DNA of 64,000 bases. Origin: Hypanus sabinus. Lineage: Eukaryota. The stretch spans positions 101,308,001 through 101,372,000 of the forward strand of contig NC_082717.1 of NCBI RefSeq assembly GCF_030144855.1. The letters are read 5' to 3'. The translations under genes and the position numbers were made by a program. Below the pieces are notes generated by a model. The model searched no databases. It had not been told where the DNA came from and saw nothing but the letters and a program-made list of their open reading frames with translations. Shown here piece after piece: positions 1-10,049 of this stretch. How positions within the stretch are numbered: position 1 is the first letter of the stretch; each line of letters starts with the position of its first letter.

Positions 1-43
1 TTTCTCAGTAGTAATCTTATCGGTGGGTGGTGGGGTGGGATGC

Positions 44-261
44 TGTGGTGAACTACATATACCTGTCTGGACACGCCCCTCTGCTGACTGCTCCTGTGGC
101 TCCTCCCACAGACCCCGGTATAAAGGTGATCGAGGCCTGAGCCCGGCCTCTCAGTCTCCAGGATGTAGTATGGTGGTCAACCACTGCTTGTTCCTTCTTC
201 CAGTCAATAAAAGCCGATATCTCGCCTTCCCGTCTCAGAGAGAGTTATTGATGGTGCATCA
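44..261 (+). mobile_element. Solo LTR (218 bp), intronic, antisense to the gene
   Basis: TG...CA ends, TATAAA and AATAAA, exact 5-bp TSD GATGC (39-43/262-266); second copy at 33550-33763. Confidence 0.9.
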
Positions 262-582
262 GATGCATCTCTAACAAAGGAGGTCTAAGATGCTCCTTCT
301 CTCCGCTAGCCTGCAGGTCACCCTTGGGCAAGGTGTAGCACCTGCTAAGCCCCCTGATCATCTGATCATATCACAATTCCTGGTTTTGCAACCACTGACA
401 GCAGGCAGGCATTCTCCGAAGAGTACTGATAACGGCTGGGGGTCACCCGTCTCGTAAAGACACTGCCCAGAAGAAGGCAATGGCAGACTACTTCTGGAGA
501 AAGATTTGCCAAGAGCAATCACTGTCATGGAAAGACCGTGATCACCCACGTCACATGACGTGGCACATAACAAACGAATGAA
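262..582 (+). mobile_element. SINE-like/non-autonomous element with RTE-type 3' end (host of the solo LTR, begins ~25)
   Basis: gaaggcaatggc RTE-like 3' motif; related copy on minus strand at ~61050-61266. Confidence 0.55.
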
Positions 583-1090
583 CAAATAAATCTGATTGAG
601 CCTTCATCATGGAAGTAGCATTGCTTTAGTAACACAGCAAAACCAACTTCCCTTGTATGCATAATATATCAGCCTGAAGCACTGGCTAAGACTTACTTCT
701 AAGTTTGAATCTCAGACCCATGCTATGAGTATCAAGACATTCTATCTGCCTTGACTGTGCCTACTTTAAACTTGTTTTCATATGAAATGCGAACCTTCCT
801 CAATCTTGGAGTGTACAATCTAGTCTAACATTTGAGTAGGCATGCCATAATGTGAAAAAGAAGTGAGATGCTGAACAAGTGTGGATGTCTGAATGTGAAT
901 GTAAAGTTCTCTAAGCACTGACCAGTGGCAAACGTTTATCAATTAGGAAGTAAAATACTGTTTTTCTCTTTGTGTAATGTCTGACTGTTAGGGTTCTCTA
1001 ATACACACTATCCTTGATTTAAAGCAGTGTTTAAAGTGATGTCCTGAAGTGTATAAATGCAAGTCATTTTTAAAATATGATGCTACGTAC

Positions 1091-1205
1091 CCAGGTTATC
1101 AATGTGTTCTGGTCGTCTCTGTGCTGGTTCACCCAGAATTGTAGGTATCTCATCACCAAATATTTGGCAACAGTTCTCGATTAGAAACTGCATCAGACCC
1201 ACAAC
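1091..1205 (-). CDS. TAGAP: TAGAP-like coding exon 9 (VVGLMQFLIENCCQIFGDEIPTILGEPAQRRPEHIDNL); CDS continues beyond the window
   Basis: atttcag| acceptor, CTGG|gtacgt donor, 115 nt, phase 0-1; FLIENC..IFG motif ends the GAP domain; no stop reached. Confidence 0.93.
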
Positions 1206-1374
1206 CTGAAATGAAGATGGATTTACTCACTTCAGAGTCAATATTCAGAATAAATGGCCAATATTAAAGGCCCTCCAAATTCCCTTCTCAGTAGCTTCAG
1301 AAGTTCTTAATGCAAGCACAACAGCTCTTCTGGAGACAAACTGACCAGGTCAGTAGCAGGTAACAAATATTTAC

Positions 1375-1564
1375 CTTTGCAGTTACTTCTTTCTGTAATT
1401 CATCTGGTGGAGGTTTGCTGGTCCAGAGCATATTAGGCCCAATGCAAACAGCCAGATTGTAGGCGTCCATCTTGTTCACCTCAGAGTGCTTATTGATGTG
1501 GTAGAGCATACAAAACACGTAACGAAGTAAGAGACAGTTGTGCCTTGGAAGTTTGTCCAGAAGC
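1375..1564 (-). CDS. TAGAP: TAGAP-like coding exon 8 (LLDKLPRHN...NKMDAYNLAVCIGPNMLW...EVTAK)
   Basis: ttctgctag| acceptor, AAG|gtaaat donor, 190 nt, phase 2-0; N.M...NLA.C.GP.. RhoGAP motif. Confidence 0.95.
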
Positions 1565-2281
1565 CTAGCAGAAATAAAAAGGGAGTTTCCAAACATTAGC
1601 TATGGTTTGAAGTCTTCTTTACTCAATTCAACATTTCTTCCAAGACACTAAACTTCTCCAAACATTGTTTGGGAAATGCTAGCTGTAGACTTTGAGATGC
1701 TTTGAACAAGATCACCTCAATGACGATTTTAAAAATATCTGGTATGTCATGAAAAAAGTGCACAGAAAAGTGAGGATCAATTTATTTGTAAAGCTAGTTA
1801 ACACGCAGAATGGCTTTATCTGCTGTGTGTTCGTAACTTGATTATTTACATATATTATACTTAGCTGTTCGCGCTGATAATATTCTAAAATCTGGCTAAT
1901 GTTTTGGTGGTAGTCTTTGCATGTTCGAAACTATGCTGGTTTACAACATGCGGTTGTGTAGCAGTCGATGTATTATCAAGGCCGATAATTTTTCTAACCT
2001 ATCTCTTCAATCTATATTCCATTTCCAGCCATGATTTCACTTGGTGCCAATCAGTTAGGCAATTATTAAACTTGAAGCGCTATAGTTATTGTAAGGATAT
2101 GTTGCACCCGAGATTTTGAACACGTTTTCGACTTTGAGTTGAGATGCATTTTGCCATCACATCACATCCCTGCCCCCTACCCTCAGCAAGAAGGTAAAGG
2201 AACAGTCACGGCTCTTGAACAACTGACAGGAGGTGAGCAAGTCAGTACACCCCAGGTGATCTCACATGTCAGGATACTCAC

Positions 2282-2391
2282 TGTCTGAATTTTGTAACTC
2301 TTTCTTCAAGGTGCTTTTCCTCCATGGCCACCATCCAGCTCTCGTACAGCTCAGTCACCAACACACTGTTTGGGATTCTCCTCAGGAAATC
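2282..2391 (-). CDS. TAGAP: TAGAP-like coding exon 7 (DFLRRIPNSVLVTELYESWMVAMEEKHLEERVTKFRQ)
   Basis: atgcag| acceptor, CA|gtgagt donor, 110 nt, phase 0-2; RhoGAP K-DFLR.IP motif. Confidence 0.95.
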
Positions 2392-2517
2392 CTGCATTTC
2401 AGACATTTAGAATTACCATTGAGGCCACAGGTGTGGAAAAAGTAACTAACTTAATTTGCCCAGTACTGCCCTGATTTACAATCCCCCTTTAGAGCACTGA
2501 ATTTCAATTTATTCTAC

Positions 2518-2679
2518 CTTGAAGACAGCAGCCAACTGGATGGCAGGCTCCTCTTCTAAGGCCACTTCACTTCTTGTATTTAGTTTTCCAATTAGTTCCT
2601 TGCAGGCCTTTAAATTTGCTGACTTGCGAAATATTCCAACTGTTGAGGGTCCTTTCTGGAACAGGACCATCAACACATC
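2518..2679 (-). CDS. TAGAP: TAGAP-like coding exon 6, RhoGAP domain with arginine finger (KGPSTVGIFRKSAN)
   Basis: tctccag| acceptor, AAG|gtagaa donor, 162 nt, phase 0-0. Confidence 0.95.
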
Positions 2680-3025
2680 CTGGAGAAAACAAAGCACAAG
2701 GAGGAAAGTTAACCACTATAGTAAATAGCTGACTTGGAAAATAGGTTTGGATGTGTGATTGGTGAATCTCATATCAATCTCTAAAATTTTATTTGCACAT
2801 TGGAAAAAAGTGATTCTTTGAAACAATTCCACTAATGTCTTTTTGAAAACCTGAAGAGAGCTATATGTGTTTACACACTATTACCATTACCTTTAATATG
2901 TTAGTTTAATTTGCCTACTGGACCATTTCAAGTGAATATGCATCCAGAGTATGAGTTAGGTTAGATCTTTAGAATGCTGGGCTTCAGCACTTTGTATTAG
3001 ATTGGAAGAGATCGCAACAGTCCAC

Positions 3026-3233
3026 TGATGTACATTTAATATTTAAGTAAAACTGTTTGATTAAACATTCTTGTTTATTTAAATAATTCATTATGGGTTA
3101 TATGAATGACATACATCATCAGGCTACCACATGCATCCCTCACTTAAAGTAAACACAAGGTAAGAGCCACATTCCCAGACCCCCGTATCTTCCCTTGAAT
3201 TAGTTTAAAGCTTTGAAGTTACAAAATATAACA
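3026..3233 (+). mobile_element. Solo LTR (208 bp) in intron 5
   Basis: TGATGTA...TATAACA termini, exact 5-bp TSD TCCAC (3021-3025/3234-3238). Confidence 0.8.
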
Positions 3234-3242
3234 TCCACTTAC

Positions 3243-3403
3243 AAGGACTGGTTTGGCGAGATTGTCATGATCATCACAGATGTCTTTAAGAGGCCGATCA
3301 AAGAGGCCATCATTCCGAGAAGAGGGGGATTCACTTCCCAAGTTTTTGAGGAAAGGCCACGATACTCTTGTTTTGCTCTTCTTGCTATGCTTCAATCTGG
3401 CAT
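3243..3403 (-). CDS. TAGAP: TAGAP-like coding exon 5 (DARLKHSKKSKTRVSWPFL...GLFDRPLKDICDDHDNLAKPVL)
   Basis: gaaatag| acceptor, TTG...|gtaagt donor, 161 nt, phase 1-0; SWPFL and LFDxPL..IC..D.L.xP motifs. Confidence 0.92.
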
Positions 3404-3560
3404 CTATTTCAAACAGGGAAAGAAAGATGAAAATCCTTTGTAGCCGTCCGTGAATGAAATTTAACAGAAAAGATGGAATCTTATCCATTAAAATGTTGAA
3501 TTCAAAAGTAATTAATTTTATTCCAACCTGCATGAGAACAAAGGCTTTATCTCAATTTAC

Positions 3561-3698
3561 CTTGCGAGTATTGGACTTGACAGCAGGATTTCTCTGATGG
3601 TTTTGAAGGCTTTCTCTCCATGCTGCCGGGTGACAGATCACACTTTGCCTGTTCTTTGTGCTCTTGTCTTGTTTTGATGCCACATGTGTTCTCTTGAC
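3561..3698 (-). CDS. TAGAP: TAGAP-like coding exon 4 (GQENTCGIKTRQEHKEQ...QYSQ)
   Basis: cttttag| acceptor, CAAG|gtaaat donor, 138 nt, symmetric phase 1-1; start resembles ARHGAP20 GHEYPYGIK. Confidence 0.7.
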
Positions 3699-4550
3699 CT
3701 AAAAGTGCAAAAAGTGAGGTTAGATCATATGCCACGACCTAAAAGAGCAAGTTTCTTTTTTTTAATATTTCCTCCAGCCCGCTTCTGCATTTTGAAATAA
3801 TCTGCGGTACAATCTAGTTAGCTGGAGCACAGTTTAACACATGCCAATCTGCACACCAAGGCAGCATTTCTAAGAAATGAAATCTACTGATAAGCTAATT
3901 TTGTTTAATCCTCATTGTTCCTTAAGATAGAAACTGAACAGTAACAATAAAAAAATCCAAATGAAGGATTTTTTGTTATAAATTGCACACTGGATCAGCT
4001 CCTGTTTGAAATGGGAGCGTGCATTATTTGAACCAAGAAGCAGATTTTACAGTCAATTTAATCTTTCATCTAAAGGGAGGTCTTGACCACAGTCCCAGAC
4101 ATCTGAACATGCGAAAGTAAAAGAGGAAAATATAGATGTGAAATTAAGTGCAGAAGATACATGTGAAAGCACATGCAAAAAAGTTCATGGGGAAAGTACA
4201 TAGGGAAGTGATTGGGGAAAGTACAGCCCCCAGGTTAAAAACCGGATTAAATATTTCCATTGTTCTCCTTTGTAAAATCCTAATGAGAAGTGGTCTAACA
4301 GAAACTCTGTACGTAGTACACTGCTACGTACTATTAGGAAAAAGCATCACTCCTCTGCAGGTTTGTTTGCAACCAGCACCTAAAGCCAGTAGTCAAATAA
4401 CCACCTTCACTGATAGGTACAAAAAAACGATGTTTTCTAATATGATGCCAGTTAGCACAAAAAGAGTGGTTGACCAAGTGTTTGAGCTTCAGCAGAACAA
4501 CCAGCTGGTACACGTGGTGGGAGAATGTGCAGGTTTATTTTCAAACTTAC

Positions 4551-4611
4551 CAATCAGAGAAGACAAGTTGTTGCTGTTTGACAACACCAGTTGGAGCTTC
4601 TGGGCATCTCC
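4551..4611 (-). CDS. TAGAP: TAGAP-like coding exon 3 (GDAQKLQLVLSNSNNLSSLI-G)
   Basis: tatctttag| acceptor, ATTG|gtaagt donor, 61 nt, phase 0-1; resembles TAGAP GD...LI exon. Confidence 0.85.
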
Positions 4612-4901
4612 CTAAAGATACAAAGCAGGTGCAGTCAGATACTGTCACATTCAGAGGTACAATTTAATACTAAATCCAATGAGTACTTGTATTTACATTG
4701 GCTCATCTCAATCTTACACACCAACATTTAATAAACATACCCAAAACAATGAAATCTAAAATTAAACAGTGACATGCCTCTAATGGTGCTGCACCCCGCT
4801 GCAAACAGTAATCTCGTAGACATTTATTTAATCAACTATCATCACAGGTAAATGTCTGTGTAACAAGACCACTGCAAGATATTTACCCCAGGGGTACCCA
4901 C

Positions 4902-4979
4902 CTGCTCTGCTGGTTCCTGTGGTAGTGTCTTCACCACCTTGCCAGGTGGTTCCATATTGCTTACGGTTAGTGTCTTAGA
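4902..4979 (-). CDS. TAGAP: TAGAP-like coding exon 2 (SKTLTVSNMEPPGKVVKTLPQEPAEQ)
   Basis: ttttgacag| acceptor, CAG|gtgggt donor, 78 nt, phase 0-0. Confidence 0.85.
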
Positions 4980-5552
4980 CTGTCAAAACAGAAGTATTTT
5001 TGTCATGAGTAAGTGTGCATTGAAACACCTCTGAAAATCCAGAAATTACCAAAGAGCAGGCAGAAATTTTCACTTTCATTTCCACCCCCTCAGACCTCCC
5101 TCCTGACCTCACAGCTGCCTTTGCTTCATGGCCCACAGCTGGTGCTAAGCCCAGAAATAACTCGAGAATAGGAACACCTCATCAATTCCTACTTGTTAAG
5201 ATCAATTGTTAGTGGTCCGTATATAATCACAGGAAGACATGCACCATGTTGCTGATATAAACTATCATACTTCTATACATATACAGACACGCTCAGACTT
5301 AATACTCAATTAAATCTCCAACTTACAAACCAATATAACTCTCACATTCTTATGGAAGACTATTGACCCTAAATTAACTATTTCTCTTTCCATAGATGCT
5401 GCTTCACCTGCTGATTACCCCTTTGTTTTAGTTCAGATGTAAGCCTCTCCCATCTGCATACATCAATAGCACATTTGCATGATATAATAACCCCCCACTT
5501 ACACAACTTCCCTCATATTCATACTGTTATAACCCTAATATTCCCATGCTGT

Positions 5553-5556
<4 letters not shown>

Positions 5557-5584
<28 letters not shown>
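5557..5584. repeat. (CA)n microsatellite
   Basis: Direct sequence. Confidence 0.95.
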
Positions 5585-5587
<3 letters not shown>

Positions 5588-6006
5588 TTTCTGTCCTTTG
5601 ACTCAGAAATGATACTGGGGAAGAGCATTTTTAAATCTCCGAGACTGCACAATGGATTTATTTGGCTCACTTAATAAATGTTACTTATTTCAGAGTTATT
5701 TCACATTGGCTTACTTAGAAAAATGCAGCCCCTGATACCTATTGGTTTTGTAACATGAAAGGAAAGAGTGTTATTTTAAAGCCTAAGAGATAAGTGAATT
5801 ATCTTTCAGACGGGCCACTGGGTTTATTTTTTCCTGTTCTGTTGTCTCAGTGTGTGACGCTTCCATATGCTTATACAAAACCATTTGTACAATAGCTGTC
5901 AATAGAGCATATTACATTTACAGTTTGGTAATTCAGTGCCTAAGGCTGAAAATTAGTCTGATTCAACACAACTATTAGCTGATATTAAAACAAAAATCCA
6001 GCTTAC

Positions 6007-6033
6007 CAGAACAGAGTTACTTAAAACCTTCAT
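6007..6033 (-). CDS. TAGAP: TAGAP-like RhoGAP, coding exon 1 (MKVLSNSVL); whole exon 6089-6007, upstream part is 5' UTR
   Basis: ATG at 6033-6031, donor CTG|gtaagc, acceptor tctttag| before 6089. The 9-aa start followed by SKTL matches the TAGAP N-terminus as recalled (MKLRSSHNA|SKTLNANNME). Confidence 0.8.
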
Positions 6034-6603
6034 TAATACAATCCGTAAGGTAAAGTTACGCCCTTGTTTTCTTTAGTTTCTTGAGTTACCTAAAGACAAG
6101 AGATGAAAAACCGTTACTGAAAATCCCCCTGGGTTTACTTTCAGTGCAAGTGATGGCACACAAGAATAAAAGCCAGTCCAATGCCAATGATCCAAATGCT
6201 TTACATTATCTACACTCAGGATACCACAAAGGAAGTACACCACAGTGAGATTATTAATCTAGAGGACTCGTGGGTTCAAGGATAAACTAGCTCCAGGTGG
6301 TGGCTTGCTAGCCACTTGGACATGATCACATTATCAAGTTCAAGTTCAGTTAAGGGATTTTTAAAGTGGAAAGTTGCAAAGAGGCAGATGGGTTTGGGGA
6401 GAGGTTCCCAGAGGACAGAGAGCTTGACAGAGAATTTAAGAGCAATTTAATTAGGGGAACGTGGCAAGGATCTCAGACTCTCAGGATTATAAGGTCATCT
6501 GAAGGCAGGCAAGACTACCAGAACTAGCCGGCGTTCTTGATTTTAATTGTACTCATTTATCCAATCCTGATGTAAGCAGGTGACTGAATAAAAGTATGCT
6601 TAC

Positions 6604-6700
6604 CTGTGGAGATAATTGTGCCACAGTATCTTTACTTGAGGTAAACTCCAGGTGAAACAAGCACCATCACTGTACAGCTACAAATCCAGCAGGCAGAGAA
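6604..6700 (-). other. Putative non-coding first exon (5' UTR) of the TAGAP-like gene
   Basis: Strong donor CACAG|gtaagc at 6603; 5' boundary inferred ~30 nt downstream of TATA-like element. Confidence 0.55.
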
Positions 6701-6719
6701 TCTGTTCACATGTCTGTTG

Positions 6720-7110
6720 TTACACACTCTATATAAAGGGGCCGTGGGCAGGTGGAAATACTGAGGACGGAAATTACATCACGGCATTTTGCTCTACTGT
6801 TTGGAGCTGAAAGTGAACTTCCCTCTTCCAAATAAGGCCAGCAGCCTATGGTATTCTCCCCTATGATGACTGGAAAAAGTGAGATGTAATGGTACTGTAC
6901 ACTTGAGAGCAAGTTATTATTAACCTGTAAACCAATAAAAAAGAAACTACACAGACAGACAGACAGACAGATAGAACGAGGGAAGTTGTGGGGGGAGGGG
7001 GAACGACTTAGTGGCTTGTACTGTCTAGTGGTTCAGTGGGATTGGCTGGGAATTTCAGAAAGCCTTCCCCTTACTTCACTCTTGTAACTTCACCAGGAGT
7101 TCCCTGAAGA
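6720..7110 (-). promoter_or_regulatory. Putative TAGAP-like proximal promoter
   Basis: TATA-like CTTTATATAG (6729-6738, minus), IRF-like GAAAGTGAA (6809-6817) next to ETS core, ETS GGAAGT (~6981), NF-kB-like GGGAATTTC (7048-7056), GAS TTCCCTGAA (7100-7108). Confidence 0.5.
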
Positions 7111-7629
7111 AGTGGGAACAGCCCTTCTTGCATTATTTGCAAAATGAAGTGGTTGTGATTTTAACATGAGTGCTCTAACATAGTTATTCGTGAGTGCAAG
7201 CCCCATTAAGAGAACACAAAAATAGTTGCCAATTTTGTCATTTCTGAAAAATAACCAAGGGAGAAACCTAGAAGCTAAACTTTCAACAGAATATAACTCA
7301 TTGTGGCACTTCATCAAAGTAAACCTGATATTATCAAACATATGGGTTTAACTGTCCAGATTATTAAAAGAATTGAGTTAAGGAACATCTTAAAGGAGGA
7401 ATTAAAAGCTGTAACAAAACTGGTTCAGGCAAGGAGTTCCAGTGTGTTGGTAAACAGTTGAAACTTAACACTTCCACTCAATTTAATCTGCATCTGACTC
7501 TCGATGCCATCTTAGAGAATGTTTGGACGGTTGCTATGGGAACTAGTGCATGGCAAGGTGGGGGTGGTATAGGGATGCATGTCACAGCGCAGCTGGACAC
7601 TAATGGGGAAGAGCGATGATGTCAGCCCT

Positions 7630-8072
7630 ACAAAAGGGAGTGGATTCAGCCCAGTACATCACGGGTGAAGCCTTCCCAACCACTGAGCACATCTCCATGA
7701 AACGCTGTCGAAGAAAGCAGTCATCAGTAATCCTCACCAGCCAGCCCATGCCCTTTTGCTGCTGAGGTCCAAGAGCCTCAGGACATGCTCCACCAGGTTC
7801 AAGAACAGTTACTACCCCTCAACCATCAGGCTCTTGAACAACTACACTCACTTGCCCATCCATTGAGATGGTGCCATAACCAACTTCAGGACTCTTTATT
7901 TTGTTACTTCATGTTCTCATTATTTATTTAGATTTGGAATTGCAGCTTGTTGTCTTCTGCATTCTGGTTGATCTTTCATTGACCTTGTTATAGTTACGAT
8001 TCTATAGATTTGCTGAGTATGCCTGAAGGAAAATGACGTATATGTACTTTGATAATAACATTGAATTTTGAA
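7630..8072 (+). mobile_element. Rex1/Babar-type LINE 3' fragment
   Basis: accaggttcaagaacagttactacccctcaaccatcagg (TRF.NS.YP) and tail tgtactttgataataa; same family at 35695-36450 and 52470-52990. Confidence 0.7.
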
Positions 8073-8489
8073 GTTTGTCAGCTGCCAGATGTGTGCATCA
8101 CTGACTGTGCAAGCCTGGTTTTGGAATTGGTCCCAAGTGATGGAGCTGATGCCACTCGAAAGCATGTAAGGAGAGCCAAGTGTTCAGCAGCTGAAAGGAT
8201 ATCTGCACCTTGCACCCACCAAACCCCACCTCGAATGCATAGTCAGATCCTTATGAGTCACTTGCCAATGTAGCTCCAGGGTTGCAGTGTATTAATCCTT
8301 CATGTTTGCAGGCCTTTAGAAGTTTCACGGGAAGCGGTGTTTCTGGAGTTTGTGTTGACTTCGAAGACACTGGGGCCTTCAGCAGTGTCCAGTTGCTGAG
8401 GGAAGAGGAAAAGAATGACTCTCCTACCCCAGTCTATACTGAATACTGATCAATAAATCATAAACACGTGGAGGCGCTAAATATCCGAA

Positions 8490-8690
8490 TCAACACGCAG
8501 AAAATGCAGGAGGAACTCAGCAGGTCAGGCAGCACCTATGGAAGTGAATAAACAGTCAACGTTTCAGGCCGAGACCCTTCATCAGGACTGGAAAGGATGT
8601 GGGGAGACACCAGAATAAAGAGGTGGGAGGGGGAGGGGAGGGTAGATAGCTGGAAGGTGATAGGCGAAGCCAGGTGGGTTGGAAAGGTAA
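8490..8690 (-). mobile_element. Penelope-like element terminal (pLTR) fragment
   Basis: Family motif ...gctgcctgacctgctgagttcctcc; other copies at ~10980-11180, 11650-11850, 43400-43650, 55900-56110, 62500-62575. Confidence 0.75.
8553..8590 (-). ncRNA. Minimal type I hammerhead ribozyme motif in Penelope pLTR
   Basis: CAGUC-CUGAUGA-AGGGUCUCGGCCU-GAAAC-GUU-GACUG: perfect 5-bp stem I, intact core, palindromic ACGU at stem III. Confidence 0.7.
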
Positions 8691-10049
8691 AGATAGTCAA
8701 GGTCCAATCATTTTGATATTCGATTCCTACGAGAAACCAGGGGAGAGCTGTTCAGCAGGAAAAGCTGGACTGCAGGGCTCTGGTGCACAACCCAATATAC
8801 CCAGCATAAATTGCCCTGAGCCCCCCTGAACTATGGCATCCTCCGCCATGATAGAAACTGCAGCACCCAGTCGTGTTCTAGCAGCTCCTTGTGCCACCAC
8901 GGAGGCTGATGACTCTTGATTGCACGAATAGTTGACGCTGAGTCTCATTCAGTTCTGAAAGGTTAGGGTACTGGGGCCTGTAGTGCAGCAATCAATGCAC
9001 CTTCTTGACTTTGGTAGGCTACCCCGCCAAGGTCTTCCTCTGTGCCAACGGCGGGAGTGCACCTTGCCCTCTGGGCCCTGTCTACACGGGCTACACGTGT
9101 ACACAGCTAGACCACGTGCAGGTTCAACCAGTTGCAAGGCACCAAACAACCTGTGTGACCCCTTCCCGGCCAGATTGTAATTAGAGTAGAAGGGCAGATG
9201 GTGTGGCAAGAGCAGGAGGCGTAGGCTTACGTCGCCTGCTGCTCGTCAAGCAGAAAAGCGTGTGGGATGGGAAGTGTGATATTGTGAAGGAGGACTGAGT
9301 AGCTGAGAATTCCACTCATGGTTCGGAACTCTTTGTTGGTCACTGCCTCACTCGTAGCCATTGGAGTTCTGTGCAGGCCCGCCTCCTTCCTGGGGGTTGG
9401 CTTGACGTGTTTGCGTTGGTCCTGCACCAGTCAGACGGGGGGATGTGTGTTGTTGGTGGGTGTTTGTATGATGATATGTTGCTAGCAGTGTGCGCACAGT
9501 ATGAGATGTGGGCGTGATTCTTGCAAAGTCTGGCGTGTAGCACAGCATCTGAATGTCAGAGCGGCAAGTCTGATTGACAGACGTCATTGTTAAAAAGGCA
9601 ACTGCACTCACAGAGAGCTTTTAAGTCCCTGCTGACATTCTGCAAAACCAAACTAATTCTTTCCACTCCCCTGCTTATCTTTCATGGTTCTGTCGTTTAT
9701 TTCTTGCTGTGTACTGTATTCCAGACACTAATATAATCTATGCACACACATTGGTGAATCACAATGTAAATTGGGGGGCTGCTTTGTCAAGCCCCTCCTC
9801 TCCATCCTCCAAATGCAGAATTTCCCGGTGCCAACCATTTGAAATCTTATCTGCATTCCCATTCTGACAGGGTCTCTTTTGCCAGGATGTCCTCTTTCTG
9901 CAGGGGAGCAACTCCTCATATTCCATATCCCACCTCATAAGCCTCCAACCTGATGGCATGAGTATTAATGTCTCCCTCCAGTAAAAAGTGTTTTCCTTCC
10001 TTCCCCCTCCCCTCTTCTTCTATCCCCCACTCTGGCCTTTTATCCCTTC

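Noticed and set aside
4148-4615. 155-aa plus-strand ORF
   Set aside because: Antisense to an intron and exon 3 of the RhoGAP gene; non-ATG start, no homology recognised
9231-9421. Possible minus-strand exon (gtgcag| ... |gtaagc) in a CpG-richer island
   Set aside because: Translation unrecognisable and cannot be joined to the gene model; could be a non-coding exon but unsupported
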